Notes: generated by a model not told the origin, from the letters alone. A stretch of DNA of 61,745 bases from Bacillota bacterium (GCA_029218545.1 JAQXRN010000244.1:1-61745), one strand, 5' to 3'; positions 1 through 11,438 are shown, numbered from the stretch's first letter. A program made the numbers and translations.

Positions 1-1952
1 GTGTTTGCGAAAGATGTAAGACACCTGTAGGAAAGAAAAATCTTTCACAGTGGTATTTCAAAATAACCGATTATGCCGAAAGACTTCTTAACAATCTTGA
101 TACTTTGGATGGTTGGCCAAACAAGGTAAAAGTAATGCAGAAAAACTGGATTGGCAAATCAATAGGTGCAGAAGTTGATTTCGCAATTAAAGATGACGAC
201 AGAAAACTGACAGTTTTTACTACAAGATGTGATACTTTATTCGGTGTAACATATATGGTTCTTGCACCTGAGCATCCATACGTTTTAAGCATGGTCGAAG
301 GTACAGAGTACGAAGCAGCTGTTAATGAATATCTTGATAAAGTTCAGCATATGAACGATATCGAAAGAACTTCAACTACAAACGAAAAAACCGGTGTATT
401 TATCGGTAAGTACGCAATAAATCCGTTAAACGGAAAGGAAGTACCAATCTTTATTTCTGACTATGTATTAATGGGCTATGGTACTGGAGCAATCATGGCG
501 GTACCTGCACACGATCAGCGTGACTTTGATTTTGCAAAGAAGTTTGATCTCGAAATTATCCCTGTTGTAGATCCGGGAAATGATGAAATTGATCTTTATA
601 ATCTGAAAGAAGCATTTGTTGCAGAAGGTATAATGATCAATTCCGGTGAATTTGATGGCCTCAACAACAGAGTTGCTATTGAAAAGGTTATTGAATATCT
701 TGAAGAACATAAAATTGGTAAAAAATCAATTAATTACAGATTAAGAGACTGGCTTATTTCAAGACAGAGATATTGGGGTACACCTATCCCAATGATTTAT
801 TGTGATGATTGTGGCTGGGTTCCTGAAAAAGAAGAAAACCTTCCGGTTAAATTACCTTCAGATGTTGAATTTACAGGAAAGGGTGAATCTCCACTTGCCA
901 CATCTGCTACATTTAGAGATACAGTATGTCCTGTTTGTGGAAAGCCTGCAAAGAGAGAACTAGATACAATGGATACTTTCCTTGATTCATCTTGGTATTT
1001 CTTGAGATATTGTGATCCAAAGAATACAGATATGCCTTTCAGTAAGGAAAAAGCTGATTATTGGATGGATGTTGACCAGTATATCGGTGGTGTTGAACAT
1101 GCAATTCTTCATCTGATGTATGCGAGATTCTTTATGATGGCTTTACATGACTTAGGATTATGTAAATATGAAGAACCATTCAAGAACCTCTTAACTCAGG
1201 GAATGGTTAATAAAGACGGTAAGAAGATGAGTAAATCTCTTGGCAATGTCGTTTCTCCTGAGGAAATAATTAAGAAGTACGGTGCAGATACTGCAAGATT
1301 ATTCATTTTATTTGCAGCACCACCTGAAAGAGAACTTGACTGGTCAGATGCCGGTGTTGAAGGAAGTTATAGATTCCTTAACAGAGTATATCGTCTTGTT
1401 TATGAAATAAAAGATAAATACGATGTACTTGAAATTCCATTTGAAGTAAAATCAGAAGCTGATAAAGCACTGAACTACCAGTTAAACTTTGCAATTAAAA
1501 AGGTTAGCGAAGATGTTGGCGGAAGATTCAGCTTCAACACAGCAATAAGTTCCATTATGGAATTAGTTAATGAAATGTACAAATATAAGGAGCTTGACGA
1601 TATCAATGTTGGTCTTTTAGGTAAGGCAGTTAAGGATTTAATCCTTATTCTTTCGCCATTTGTACCTCATATTTGCGAAGAAATGTGGGAACATATTGGA
1701 GAGACAGAATCTGTTTCAACAATGAGTTGGCCTGCATTTGATGAAAAAGCATTAGTTAAGGATACAGTTGAAATAGTAATACAGATAAACGGAAAATTAA
1801 AAGAAAAACTTATGGTTCCTGCTGATGCTGATAAGCAAGCTCTTGAAAAGATTGCTTTGGACAATGAAAAAGTAAAAGAATTAATAGAAGGAAAATCAAT
1901 TGTAAAGGTAATTGCTGTACCTGGAAGATTGATAAATATTGTTGTTAAATAA
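1..1952 (+). CDS. leuS: Leucyl-tRNA synthetase, C-terminal ~650 aa (5' end outside window)
   Basis: Frame 3 is open from the window start ([29 protein letters not shown]...). It has the class I KMSKS motif ([10 protein letters not shown]) and a typical LeuRS C-terminal layout. Confidence 0.95.
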   Translation, partial: VCERCKTPVGKKNLSQWYFKITDYAERLLNNLDTLDGWPNKVKVMQKNWIGKSIGAEVDFAIKDDDRKLTVFTTRCDTLFGVTYMVLAPEHPYVLSMVEGTEYEAAVNEYLDKVQHMNDIERTSTTNEKTGVFIGKYAINPLNGKEVPIFISDYVLMGYGTGAIMAVPAHDQRDFDFAKKFDLEIIPVVDPGNDEIDLYNLKEAFVAEGIMINSGEFDGLNNRVAIEKVIEYLEEHKIGKKSINYRLRDWLISRQRYWGTPIPMIYCDDCGWVPEKEENLPVKLPSDVEFTGKGESPLATSATFRDTVCPVCGKPAKRELDTMDTFLDSSWYFLRYCDPKNTDMPFSKEKADYWMDVDQYIGGVEHAILHLMYARFFMMALHDLGLCKYEEPFKNLLTQGMVNKDGKKMSKSLGNVVSPEEIIKKYGADTARLFILFAAPPERELDWSDAGVEGSYRFLNRVYRLVYEIKDKYDVLEIPFEVKSEADKALNYQLNFAIKKVSEDVGGRFSFNTAISSIMELVNEMYKYKELDDINVGLLGKAVKDLILILSPFVPHICEEMWEHIGETESVSTMSWPAFDEKALVKDTVEIVIQINGKLKEKLMVPADADKQALEKIALDNEKVKELIEGKSIVKVIAVPGRLINIVVK

Positions 1953-2005
1953 TTTATTTCCAAAGTATCTTTTCGATTAAAAATGAAAAGGACGGAAAAA
2001 AATAT

Positions 2006-3688
2006 ATGAAGAGAAAACCGAGACCGGGCAAACCAAGACCAAGTCTTAAAGTTATTCCTATCGGGGGTCTTAATGAGATCGGAAAAAACATGACACTCCT
2101 CGAGTATGAGAATGAAATATTAATTATAGACTGTGGTATGAGTTTCCCAGAAAGTGAGATGTACGGAATCGACATAGTCATACCAGACTTCACATATCTT
2201 ATTGAAAATCAAGATAAAATTGTAGGAATGGTAATCACTCATGGTCATGAAGACCATATCGGTTCAGTACCTTACTTACTAAAAAAAGTTAATGTACCGA
2301 TTTACGGTTCAAGGCTTACCATCGGACTTGTGGAAAATAAGCTCAAAGAACACAGACTAAAAGGTAACTTGAATTCTATTGAACCAGGAAGTACATTTAA
2401 GCTTGGCAGCTTTAAAATAGAAGCAATTCGTATCACTCATTCTATTGCAGGGGCATTATGCCTCGCAATAGAAACACCTGCCGGAAGGGTATTTCATTCA
2501 GGAGACTTTAAAATAGACTATACACCTGTAGATGGCGAACCTATAGACTTTTTTAAGCTTGCTGAATTAGGCAAAAAGGGTGTGGATTTAATGCTATGTG
2601 ATAGTACAAATGCTACTAGAAGCGGCTACACATCCTCTGAAAAGGTCGTTGGTGAAGCACTGGAAAGCATTTTCAGAAGAGCAAAGAAAAGAATAATAAT
2701 TGCAACCTTTTCTTCAAATGTTCATAGAGTACAGATGATTATAGACAATGCTGTAAAGGAAGGCAGAAAGGTTGCAGTCTCCGGAAGAAGTATGGAAAAT
2801 GTAGTTACCCTTGCTTTAGAACTAGGATATCTGGATATTCCTGAAGGAGTTTTAGTAGATATTAAAATGACAAAAAATATTCCTGACGAAAAGCTTGTAA
2901 TAATAACTACGGGCAGTCAGGGAGAACCCATGTCTGCACTTTCAAGAATTGCTTCAGGTGAGCATAGGGCAGTAAAACTTAAACCTGGCGATATGGTAAT
3001 ATTATCTTCAACGCCTGTACCGGGCAATGAAAAGACTGTTGCAAATGTTGTTAATAAATTGTTTGAAAAAGGCGCAGAAGTTATTTATTCAGATATAGCT
3101 GATATTCATGTGTCCGGCCATGCATGCCAGGAAGAATTAAAACTGCTTCACTCTCTAATAAAACCTAAATACTTTATGCCTGTTCATGGTGAATACAGAC
3201 ATTTAATACAACATGGGAAGCTTGCTGAAAGCTTAGGAGTAAAAAAGGATCATATTTTCATTCTGGAAAACGGTGATGTTCTAAGCTTTAATAAGCGCAA
3301 AATAGAAGTATTGACTAATCAGGTATCTGCAGATGCAATTTTAGTAGATGGACTTGGAGTCGGAGATGTTGGTAATATTGTTCTTCGCGATAGAAAACTC
3401 CTTTCTGAATCAGGATTGATAATTGTAGTGGCCTCAATTGACGGTAGCACTCAGGAAATTGTTTCAGGACCGGATATTATTTCAAGAGGTTTTGTTTATG
3501 TTAGAGAAAACGAGGCCTTAATTGAAGAAGCAAGACAGGTTGCTGCTGAAACACTTGAAAGATGCAAGAGAAACAAGAAAAATGATTGGAATTCAATGAA
3601 AGCACAGGTTAGAGATTCTCTTGGTGATTATATTTATGAAAGAACAAAGAGAAGTCCAATAATCCTGCCGATATTTATGGAGGTATAA
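2006..3688 (+). CDS. rnj: Ribonuclease J (metallo-beta-lactamase/beta-CASP)
   Basis: 560 aa with an HxHxDH motif (ITHGHEDHIG) and RNase J length and layout. An SD precedes the ATG. Confidence 0.92.
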   Translation: MKRKPRPGKPRPSLKVIPIGGLNEIGKNMTLLEYENEILIIDCGMSFPESEMYGIDIVIPDFTYLIENQDKIVGMVITHGHEDHIGSVPYLLKKVNVPIYGSRLTIGLVENKLKEHRLKGNLNSIEPGSTFKLGSFKIEAIRITHSIAGALCLAIETPAGRVFHSGDFKIDYTPVDGEPIDFFKLAELGKKGVDLMLCDSTNATRSGYTSSEKVVGEALESIFRRAKKRIIIATFSSNVHRVQMIIDNAVKEGRKVAVSGRSMENVVTLALELGYLDIPEGVLVDIKMTKNIPDEKLVIITTGSQGEPMSALSRIASGEHRAVKLKPGDMVILSSTPVPGNEKTVANVVNKLFEKGAEVIYSDIADIHVSGHACQEELKLLHSLIKPKYFMPVHGEYRHLIQHGKLAESLGVKKDHIFILENGDVLSFNKRKIEVLTNQVSADAILVDGLGVGDVGNIVLRDRKLLSESGLIIVVASIDGSTQEIVSGPDIISRGFVYVRENEALIEEARQVAAETLERCKRNKKNDWNSMKAQVRDSLGDYIYERTKRSPIILPIFMEV

Positions 3689-3691
3689 TAT

Positions 3692-4033
3692 ATGAATGTT
3701 TACGATCAGGCACATGGACTTGCAAAAGCAATTAGAGAGTCTGAAGAATTTAAACAGTATGATCAGGCTAAACAGAAGCTTAAAGCAAATCCAGAAGTAG
3801 AAAAAATGATTAAAGAAGTACAGGCAAAACAGTTTGAACTTCAGGCAAAGCAGATGACAGGTCAGGAGATTTCTCCTGAAGATATGGCAACTGTTCAGAC
3901 AGCTTATGCCATTATTCTAAAAGATCCTCTGGCACAGCAGTACATGGAAACAGAAATGAGATTTTCAATAATGATGAAAGATGTCTATGAAATATTAGGC
4001 GAAGTGACAGGTATGGGAGATTTACTAGGCTAA
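3692..4033 (+). CDS. YlbF/YmcA (UPF0342) family helical regulator-like protein
   Basis: 113 aa helical protein. The N-terminus MNVYDQAHGLAKAIRESEEFKQY is typical of the family. A GGAGG SD lies in the end of rnj. Confidence 0.7.
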   Translation: MNVYDQAHGLAKAIRESEEFKQYDQAKQKLKANPEVEKMIKEVQAKQFELQAKQMTGQEISPEDMATVQTAYAIILKDPLAQQYMETEMRFSIMMKDVYEILGEVTGMGDLLG

Positions 4034-4079
4034 TTATATATATATTTACTGGAAATGATTCAGTGATATTATTGAGTAC

Positions 4080-4108
4080 TTGGCAATTCTCATATTCTTT
4101 GTTATAAT
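4080..4108 (+). promoter_or_regulatory. Sigma-A-type promoter candidate for efp (TTGGCA-17 nt-TATAAT)
   Basis: Read directly: TTGGCA at 4080-4085, a 17-nt spacer, TATAAT at 4103-4108. It sits 78 nt upstream of the efp ATG. Confidence 0.55.
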
Positions 4109-4185
4109 ATAGTGAAATGTTTAAAAAAAGAGTTGAAAACACTCTAATATATTAGTTTACCTTTAAACAGAATGGAGAGATAACA

Positions 4186-4746
4186 ATGATTTATGCAAGT
4201 GATTTTAGAAAAGGAATGACATTTGAAATTAATGGTGAACCACATGTTGTAATTGATTTCCAACATGTAAAACCAGGTAAGGGCGCTGCTTTCGTAAGAA
4301 CAAAATACAAAAATATTCTTACTGGTGCTACTAGAGAAGAAGCATTCAACCCTGATGATAAATTCCCTAAGGCACATATTGAAACAAGAAAGATGCAGTA
4401 TCTTTACAATGATGGAGAATTATATTACTTCATGGATCCAGAAACATTCGATCAAGTTCCTTTAGCTTATGATCAGGTTGAAGAAGCTATGAAATATTTA
4501 AGAGAAAATGATGAAGCTACAATTAAATTTTACAAAGGAAGCGCTTTCCTAGTAGAAGCACCAAACTTTGTTGATTTAATAGTAACTGAAACAGAGCCAG
4601 GAGTAAAGGGAAATACAGCAACTAATGTTACAAAGGCTGCAACAGTTGAAACAGGAGCAGTTATTCAGGTTCCAATCTTCATCGAATCCGGTGAAAAGAT
4701 TCAAATTGATACAAGAACCGGCGAATATTTAGGAAGAGCAAAATAA
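4186..4746 (+). CDS. efp: Elongation factor P
   Basis: 186 aa with the EF-P signature [20 protein letters not shown] and a GGAGAG SD. Confidence 0.97.
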   Translation: MIYASDFRKGMTFEINGEPHVVIDFQHVKPGKGAAFVRTKYKNILTGATREEAFNPDDKFPKAHIETRKMQYLYNDGELYYFMDPETFDQVPLAYDQVEEAMKYLRENDEATIKFYKGSAFLVEAPNFVDLIVTETEPGVKGNTATNVTKAATVETGAVIQVPIFIESGEKIQIDTRTGEYLGRAK

Positions 4747-4761
4747 TAGACGACAGAGCAA

Positions 4762-4794
4762 AAAGGACATGACGTTTTGTTGTGTCCTTTTTCT
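4762..4794 (+). terminator. Rho-independent terminator after efp
   Basis: AAAGGACA (4762-4769) pairs with TGTCCTTT (4783-4790), followed by TTCT. Confidence 0.75.
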
Positions 4795-4829
4795 ACAGTA
4801 TAACTATATACAAATTGAGGGACTATTAA

Positions 4830-5909
4830 ATGGATTTAAAAGATAAGATAAATGGAATGAAAGATTCAAAGCAAAAAACACTTCTAATATTTTCTGTTAT
4901 TCTTGTCTTTATTATTATTGTGGCAGGGATAGTATTTTATTCAAATGGAATAGGTGCCGCAGATAAGAATGATGACGAAATAATTACTATAAACATACCA
5001 AATGGAACAAGTGCATCTCAAATAATTGAAATACTTGATGAAAACGGCCTGATAAAAAACAAATTATGTGCAAAGATTAAAATGAAGATTGGCGGATATG
5101 ACTCTCTTCAGGCAAATAATTATGTCTTTTCAAAGAATATGAATCTATCAGAGATTTTTGAAGCAATCAACACCGGTGACTTTAAATATTTATCTAAGAA
5201 CGTTATAACCATTATTGAAGGCTCTACTATTCCGGAAGCTGCTGAATCCGTGGCTTCTAAGCTAGGCTTTACAAATGATGAAATAATTGCAAAATGGTCA
5301 GATAGAACTTATCTTAATGAACTGATAAAAGAATATTGGTTTTTAACAGAAGAAATATTGAATTCTTCTATCATGTTTCCGTTAGAAGGATACATTTATC
5401 CTGAAACATATTTTGTAACAGAATCAGATCCTACATTAGAGAGCGTTACAAAGATGTTTTTAGATAAAACAGATGAAGAACTTTCTAAACGCAAAGAAGC
5501 AATAAATAAATCAGGAAATACTGTTCACGAAATTTTGTCCCTTGCTTCAGTTGTTCAAAATGAATCTCTTTTCGAAAAAGATAGGGCAAAAATTGCAGGT
5601 GTTTTTATTAACAGATTAAATAAAGGTATGGCCCTTCAGAGTGATATTACCGTATTGTACGCGCTCCAAGAAAAGAGAGTTAATGTTACATATGACGATT
5701 TAGCCGTTGATTCAAAATATAATACTTATAAATATGCAGGTCTTCCTGTTGGACCTGTATGTGCTGTTCCGGGTTATTCTATTGATGCAACTTTGGATTA
5801 CGAAAAATCGGATTATTTATATTTCTTTGCCACTAAAGATGGTGAAGTTATTTACAATAAGACTTTAGCAGCACATGAAAAAACAGTTCAGGAAAATTTA
5901 TGGTATTAA
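4830..5909 (+). CDS. mltG: Endolytic murein transglycosylase MltG (YceG-like)
   Basis: 359 aa with an N-terminal TM segment and the YceG motifs LQSDITVLYAL and YNTYKYAGLPVGPVCAVPG. Confidence 0.9.
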   Translation: MDLKDKINGMKDSKQKTLLIFSVILVFIIIVAGIVFYSNGIGAADKNDDEIITINIPNGTSASQIIEILDENGLIKNKLCAKIKMKIGGYDSLQANNYVFSKNMNLSEIFEAINTGDFKYLSKNVITIIEGSTIPEAAESVASKLGFTNDEIIAKWSDRTYLNELIKEYWFLTEEILNSSIMFPLEGYIYPETYFVTESDPTLESVTKMFLDKTDEELSKRKEAINKSGNTVHEILSLASVVQNESLFEKDRAKIAGVFINRLNKGMALQSDITVLYALQEKRVNVTYDDLAVDSKYNTYKYAGLPVGPVCAVPGYSIDATLDYEKSDYLYFFATKDGEVIYNKTLAAHEKTVQENLWY

Positions 5910-5910
5910 T

Positions 5911-6576
5911 ATGAATATTACAAATGAAATAATAACTGAATATTTAAATAAATTTTATTTTGAAAATACTGATGGTCTTAGCCAACTTCGCAAAGAAGCA
6001 GAAGAAAACAGAGTGCCAATAATTCTTAGAGACACTGAGCTTTTATTAAAAACATTGATAAATTTAATGAAACCCAAAAACATTTTGGAAATTGGTACAG
6101 CTGTAGGTTATTCTTCCAGCTTTTTCGCAAGCTTAAGTGATGATATTCACATAACTACAATTGAAGCAAACGAAGATATATATTATAAAGCGATAAACAA
6201 CATAAAAAAGCTGGGTTATGAAGAGAGAATAAATGTGTGTTTGGGAGACGCTAGAGAAGTTTTGGAAGATTTAAAGAAAACTCATTCTTCTTCATTTGAC
6301 TTTGTTTTCATCGATGCAGCTAAAAGTCATTACAGATCTTTTTGGGATTTATCCATTCCGTTAATAAAAGATGAGTCTATGATAGTATGTGATAATATTC
6401 TTATGAAGGGCATGACAGCTTCTGATGAATATGACAGATTCAAAAGACATAAGACAAATATCAGACACATGAGAGATTTCCTTGATTATATTAATAATCT
6501 GGATTATGCGCAAACCTCTACATTAGCTGTAGGTGATGGTTTATCTTTAAGTATAATTAATAAGAGAAGAGGGTAG
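5911..6576 (+). CDS. trmR: SAM-dependent O-methyltransferase, YrrM/TrmR-like (tRNA mo5U family)
   Basis: SAM motif I ILEIGTAVGYSS and FDFVFIDAAK. The ATG at 5911, directly after the mltG stop, is preferred over the upstream ATG at 5875 that overlaps mltG. Synteny mltG-yrrM-U32 matches B. subtilis. Confidence 0.8.
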   Translation: MNITNEIITEYLNKFYFENTDGLSQLRKEAEENRVPIILRDTELLLKTLINLMKPKNILEIGTAVGYSSSFFASLSDDIHITTIEANEDIYYKAINNIKKLGYEERINVCLGDAREVLEDLKKTHSSSFDFVFIDAAKSHYRSFWDLSIPLIKDESMIVCDNILMKGMTASDEYDRFKRHKTNIRHMRDFLDYINNLDYAQTSTLAVGDGLSLSIINKRRG

Positions 6577-6584
6577 TTCATAAC

Positions 6585-7808
6585 ATGAGAAAACCGGAAT
6601 TACTAGCCCCTGCAGGGGATTTGGAAAAATTAAAAATAGCTGTATTATATGGGGCAGATGCTGTATATTTTGGAGGCGAGACTTTTTCCTTAAGAGCGGG
6701 TGCAGGCAACTTTACCTATGAAGAAATGAAGGAAGGCATTGAATTTGCACATTCACATGGTGCAAAATGTCATCTCACTGTCAATATCTTTGCACACAAT
6801 GAAGATATTGAACCATTTATACAATATCTGAAAAAAGTAAAAGATTTAGGCATAGACGCTTTTATAGCCAGTGATCCAGGTGTTATTGATATGATTCAGG
6901 AAGTAATTCCTGACGCAGAAATACACTTGAGTACTCAGGCAAATATGACCAATTACAGAACTGCAAACTTCTGGTATAAGAGAGGGCTTAGAAGGCTTGT
7001 TACTGCCAGAGAGTTAACCATAGATGAGATTATTGAACTTAAGAACAATATCCCCGAAGATATGGAACTTGAATCCTTTATTCATGGTGCAATGTGCATT
7101 TCATACTCAGGCAGATGTTTATTAAGCAATTTTATGATTGAAAGAGATGCAAACAGAGGCGCCTGTGCACATCCTTGCAGATGGAAATATACATTAATGG
7201 AAGAGCAGAGACCAGGACAGTATTATCCAATTGAAGAGGATGATCGAGGAACTTATATTTTAAATTCTAAGGATTTGTGCTTAATAGAACATTTGCCGGA
7301 GCTGATTGAAGCCGGTATTTCTTCTTTTAAGATTGAAGGAAGAATGAAAAGTGTGTTTTATGTTGCTACTGTTGTTTCAGCCTATAGAAAGGCAATTGAT
7401 GCTTACTTCGAAAATCCTTCTGAATATAAATTTAAAGATGAATGGATGAGAGAACTTTGCAAAGTAAGTCACAGGGAATTTACAACAGGCTTTTATTTCC
7501 ATAAACCTACAAATAATGATCAGAATTATAGAACAAGTGCATATACAAGAGATTATTCATTTGTTGGAATGATAAAAGAATACGATGAAAAAACAGGTTA
7601 TGCCATTGTCGAACAGAGAAATAAAATGGTCATCGGTGATAAAATAGAAATATTTGGTCCTGATACAGATTATTTTGAACAAGCATTAACAGAAATGTAT
7701 GATGAAGAGGGAAAACCGATTGATTCAGCACCTCATCCTCAGCAGATTATTAAGATAAAAATGAATAAACCTGTTAAGCCATTTTATATGATTAGAAAAG
7801 AAAAATAG
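6585..7808 (+). CDS. Peptidase U32 family protein (YrrO/TrhP-like, tRNA ho5U pathway family)
   Basis: 407 aa with the U32 signatures ELLAPAG and FIHGAMCISYSGRCLLS. Synteny with trmR. Confidence 0.85.
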   Translation: MRKPELLAPAGDLEKLKIAVLYGADAVYFGGETFSLRAGAGNFTYEEMKEGIEFAHSHGAKCHLTVNIFAHNEDIEPFIQYLKKVKDLGIDAFIASDPGVIDMIQEVIPDAEIHLSTQANMTNYRTANFWYKRGLRRLVTARELTIDEIIELKNNIPEDMELESFIHGAMCISYSGRCLLSNFMIERDANRGACAHPCRWKYTLMEEQRPGQYYPIEEDDRGTYILNSKDLCLIEHLPELIEAGISSFKIEGRMKSVFYVATVVSAYRKAIDAYFENPSEYKFKDEWMRELCKVSHREFTTGFYFHKPTNNDQNYRTSAYTRDYSFVGMIKEYDEKTGYAIVEQRNKMVIGDKIEIFGPDTDYFEQALTEMYDEEGKPIDSAPHPQQIIKIKMNKPVKPFYMIRKEK

Positions 7809-7837
7809 ATAGATTTTTTTATGGAAAGGTATATACG

Positions 7838-9049
7838 ATGTTAACGGACCCCGATAATTGTTTGCTAAACATACTTTTGATGATATTAGCTATATTGGTA
7901 CATGGATTCTTTGTTGCTGTTAATACCGCATTTAACGCAACTACTCATAATGACGAAAAAGTTCATACAAGTAACAGACTTATTATGGTTATTTCAGCCC
8001 TATTGGGATGCTACGTTGCGTTCCCTAAATTGGATATAACCATTGCATATTTTGTTTTTCTCATGATATTTGGACAGCTTTTCCCTTATAAATTGGCGTT
8101 ACAACACAGTGAGGGTATACATGGAAAAACAAACAAATTTGTTTGTGCTATTTCGACCATACTTTCACCCGTTTCTATGATTCTTATGCTGTTTGCAAAT
8201 ATTATTCTTAAAGTTTTCAAACAGAAGACGAAGGTGGAATATGATCAGTTTTCTGAAGAAGAAGTAATGTCAATGCTTCAGGTTGGTAAGGAATCCGGTG
8301 TTATAAAAGAAGAGGGTACAAAAATGATTAATTCCATTTTTGCATTTGACGATCTTCTTGCATATGAAGTAATGACACCTAGAACCGATGTATTTTCTAT
8401 TGATATTGAAGATGATCCTGAAGAGTACTTGGAAGAACTATTAAAAATGAGACACTCAAGGGTTCCCGTATGCAAAGGTGACAGTGATAATATTATTGGA
8501 ATATTGCATATTAAGGATTATCTTATTAAGGCGTGTGAAAGTAAATTTGAAGAGCTGGTTGACATAGAATCTATTTTAAGAAAAGCTTATTTTGTTCCCG
8601 ATACAAAAAATATAGACTCATTATTCTTCGAAATGCAAAAAACAAAGCAGCAGATTGCTATTCTTATTGATGAATATGGCGGTTTTAGTGGAATAGTGAC
8701 TATGGAGGACATTATTGAAGAAGTAATGGGAAATATTGATGATGAATATGATGAAGAAGATGAAATAATCGATAAAGTTGACGATAATTTATATCTTGTC
8801 GACGGAGATGTGGACCTTGATGATTTAGACGATGAACTTGGAATTGAGCTTAAATCTGAAAACAGTGAGACCATAGGCGGCTTCATCATTGACATACTCG
8901 GAGAAATCCCCGATGAAAAAGACATTGGACGTATTGTTGAATTTGAAGATTATAAATTTAAAATAATGTCGGTTGAAGAACGTCGAATAAAACGTGTAAA
9001 GGTCTATATGCCGGACAATAATAACGAAACAGGCAGTGATAAAAACTAG
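7838..9049 (+). CDS. HlyC/CorC family transporter (DUF21 membrane domain, CBS pair, CorC_HlyC C-terminal domain)
   Basis: 403 aa with N-terminal TM helices, a central CBS-pair region (VMTPRTDV..., HSRVPVC) and an acidic CorC-type C-terminus. Confidence 0.85.
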   Translation: MLTDPDNCLLNILLMILAILVHGFFVAVNTAFNATTHNDEKVHTSNRLIMVISALLGCYVAFPKLDITIAYFVFLMIFGQLFPYKLALQHSEGIHGKTNKFVCAISTILSPVSMILMLFANIILKVFKQKTKVEYDQFSEEEVMSMLQVGKESGVIKEEGTKMINSIFAFDDLLAYEVMTPRTDVFSIDIEDDPEEYLEELLKMRHSRVPVCKGDSDNIIGILHIKDYLIKACESKFEELVDIESILRKAYFVPDTKNIDSLFFEMQKTKQQIAILIDEYGGFSGIVTMEDIIEEVMGNIDDEYDEEDEIIDKVDDNLYLVDGDVDLDDLDDELGIELKSENSETIGGFIIDILGEIPDEKDIGRIVEFEDYKFKIMSVEERRIKRVKVYMPDNNNETGSDKN

Positions 9050-9072
9050 TAATTATATACATTCCATTTTTA

Positions 9073-9101
9073 TTGATTTGTAACTGTTTCTTTGATAAAA
9101 T
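9073..9101 (+). promoter_or_regulatory. Possible sigma-A promoter upstream of the redox operon (TTGATT-17-TAAAAT)
   Basis: Read directly. An alternative register, TTGATA(9092)-17-TATATA, also exists in this AT-rich spacer. Confidence 0.3.
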
Positions 9102-9156
9102 TAATTTGTTGTATTATATATGAAATTTATATATATATGATTTGAGAGGTACTAAT

Positions 9157-9675
9157 ATGAGTGAAAAAGTATGTAACTGCAACTGTACTCAAAACAGAAA
9201 AGAGCAATTTATCGAATTGCAGCCTGTTTTAGACAAGTATGCAAAAGTGCCAGGCAGCTTAATTACAATTCTGCAAAAGGCACAAGATATCTATGGATAT
9301 CTGTCAGTTGACACAATTAACTACATTTCTGAAGCTACTGGTATTAAACCTGCAAAGATTTATGGAGTAGCAACATTTTATGCTCAATTCAGATTGCAGC
9401 CTATCGGAAAATACCTTGTAATGCTTTGCCAGGGGACAGCATGTCATGTTAACGGCTCTGAAATGATTGAAGAAGCTGTTTGCGAACATCTTAACATCAA
9501 GGATGGAGAGACAACAGAAGATGGATTGTTTACATTAAACAATGTTGCATGCCTTGGATGTTGTTCACTTGCACCTGTTATGATGGTAAAAAGTGCTGAT
9601 GGTGATGAAACTTACGGTAATCTTACAAAAGACAAAGTTAAACAGATTCTCGATGAAATTAGGGAAAGAGCATAG
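9157..9675 (+). CDS. NuoE/HydC/HndA-like thioredoxin-fold [2Fe-2S] subunit
   Basis: The Cys pattern LCQGTACHV ... CLGCCSLAPV is typical of the NuoE (24 kDa) family. The ATG at 9157 lies 7 nt after the GAGAGG SD and is preferred over the TTG at 9142. Confidence 0.88.
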   Translation: MSEKVCNCNCTQNRKEQFIELQPVLDKYAKVPGSLITILQKAQDIYGYLSVDTINYISEATGIKPAKIYGVATFYAQFRLQPIGKYLVMLCQGTACHVNGSEMIEEAVCEHLNIKDGETTEDGLFTLNNVACLGCCSLAPVMMVKSADGDETYGNLTKDKVKQILDEIRERA

Positions 9676-9689
9676 GAGGTGTACACAGC

Positions 9690-11438
9690 ATGAGAGTAGT
9701 AGTGGGACAAGGCAGCTGTGGTATCGCAACAGGTGCTAAAAAGACTGCAGCAGAATTTGAAAAGCAAATTGCTGCTAAAAAACTCAACATTAACGTGGAT
9801 ATTACAGGCTGCGTAGGTACTTGCTATCTGGAACCTATTGTTGACATTTATGAAGACAATGGCGAAATGACAAGATATGTCAAGGTTCAGCCTGATATTG
9901 TTGAAGATATAGTTAACAGTCATTTAGTTAATGGCAAAGTATGTGAAGAACATGCGATTACAAAGGAAGATGAGCAGTTTGTTGAAAAACAGAAGAGAGT
10001 TGTATTAAGAAACTGTGGTATTATCAACCCTGAAGATATTGAAGAATACATAGCAGTAGATGGATATAAGGCTATCGAAAAGGTTCTCAATTCAATGAGT
10101 CCTGAAGAAGTAATTGAAGAAATAAAAATATCTGGACTTCGAGGAAGAGGCGGTGCCGGATTCCCTACATGGTTTAAGTGGAATGCTGCAAAGCAGAGTC
10201 CAGGTAAAGAAAAATACTTAGTTTGTAACGCTGACGAAGGTGACCCAGGCGCATTCATGGACCGTTCCGTTCTCGAAGGTGACCCTCATTCACTAATTGA
10301 AGGTATGATAATTGGCGGTTATGCAATGGGAGCTAACGAAGGTGTTATATACTGTCGTGCGGAATACCCTCTTGCAATAAAGAGACTTGAAATTGCAATG
10401 GCTCAGGCACGCGAAAAAGGTTTCTTAGGAAAGAACATATTTGGAAGCGGCTTTGATTTTGATATTAGAATCAAAGCAGGTGCAGGCGCTTTTGTTTGTG
10501 GTGAAGAAACTGCTCTTATCGCTTCTCTTGAAGGCGAAAGAGGTATGCCTAGACTGAAACCTCCTTTCCCTGCAGCAAAGGGCTATTGGCAGAAGCCAAC
10601 TAACATTAACAATGTTGAAACTTTGGCTAATGTTCCATGGATTATATACAATGGTGGTAAAGCATTTGGTTCAATGGGTACTGAACAGAGCAAGGGTACA
10701 AAGGTATTCGCTCTTGCAGGTAAAATCAAGAAGGGTGGTCTTGTTGAAGTTCCAATGGGATTAACTCTTAGAGATGTTATCTTTGGTATCGGCGGTGGAA
10801 TCAAAAATGATAAGCAGTTTAAAGCTGTACAGATGGGCGGTCCATCAGGCGGATGTATTCCTGCTCACTTAATCGATACTCCTGTTACATACGAAGATAT
10901 TAACAAGACAGGTGCAATCGTTGGTTCCGGCGGTATGATTGTAATGGATGAAGACACTTGCATGGTTGATATGGCAAGATACTTCCTGAACTTCACTCGT
11001 GATGAATCATGTGGTAAGTGTAATTACTGCCGTATCGGTACTAAGAGAATGCTTGAAATCTTAGAAAGAATAACAAGAGGCGAAGGTGTTGACGGAGATA
11101 TTGAAAAGCTTGAAGAACTTGCAATGAAGATTAAAGATGGTTCTCTGTGCGGTCTTGGTCAAACAGCTCCAAACCCTGTTTTGACAACTATCAAGTACTT
11201 TAGAAACGAATATGAAGATCATATTTATAACAAGAAATGTACAGCTAAGTCCTGTAAAGCATTAGTGAAATATGAAATTACTGATGGATGTAAAGGATGT
11301 ACATTGTGCTCAAAGAAATGCCCTGTTGGTGCTATCACAGGTGTTGTTAAAGGACAGCATGTTATCGATCAGGAAAAATGTATTAAATGCGGTAAGTGCT
11401 TAGAAACTTGCAAGTTTAATGCAATAGAAAAGAATTAA
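9690..11438 (+). CDS. NuoF/HydB-like NADH- and FMN-binding subunit with N-terminal [2Fe-2S]-type domain and C-terminal 2x[4Fe-4S] ferredoxin domain
   Basis: FMN/NADH motifs GLRGRGGAGFPT and the NuoF cluster ligands ESCGKCNYCR...SLCGLG. The C-terminal CKGCTLCSKKCP and CIKCGKCLETC motifs are typical of bifurcating HydB/BfuB-type subunits. Confidence 0.9.
   Translation: MRVVVGQGSCGIATGAKKTAAEFEKQIAAKKLNINVDITGCVGTCYLEPIVDIYEDNGEMTRYVKVQPDIVEDIVNSHLVNGKVCEEHAITKEDEQFVEKQKRVVLRNCGIINPEDIEEYIAVDGYKAIEKVLNSMSPEEVIEEIKISGLRGRGGAGFPTWFKWNAAKQSPGKEKYLVCNADEGDPGAFMDRSVLEGDPHSLIEGMIIGGYAMGANEGVIYCRAEYPLAIKRLEIAMAQAREKGFLGKNIFGSGFDFDIRIKAGAGAFVCGEETALIASLEGERGMPRLKPPFPAAKGYWQKPTNINNVETLANVPWIIYNGGKAFGSMGTEQSKGTKVFALAGKIKKGGLVEVPMGLTLRDVIFGIGGGIKNDKQFKAVQMGGPSGGCIPAHLIDTPVTYEDINKTGAIVGSGGMIVMDEDTCMVDMARYFLNFTRDESCGKCNYCRIGTKRMLEILERITRGEGVDGDIEKLEELAMKIKDGSLCGLGQTAPNPVLTTIKYFRNEYEDHIYNKKCTAKSCKALVKYEITDGCKGCTLCSKKCPVGAITGVVKGQHVIDQEKCIKCGKCLETCKFNAIEKN

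Noticed and set aside
4031-4046. Short (TA)n runs at 4031-4046 and 9128-9138.
   Set aside because: They are only about 5-7 repeat units in AT-rich intergenic DNA, too short to call microsatellites or Z-DNA-type elements of interest.
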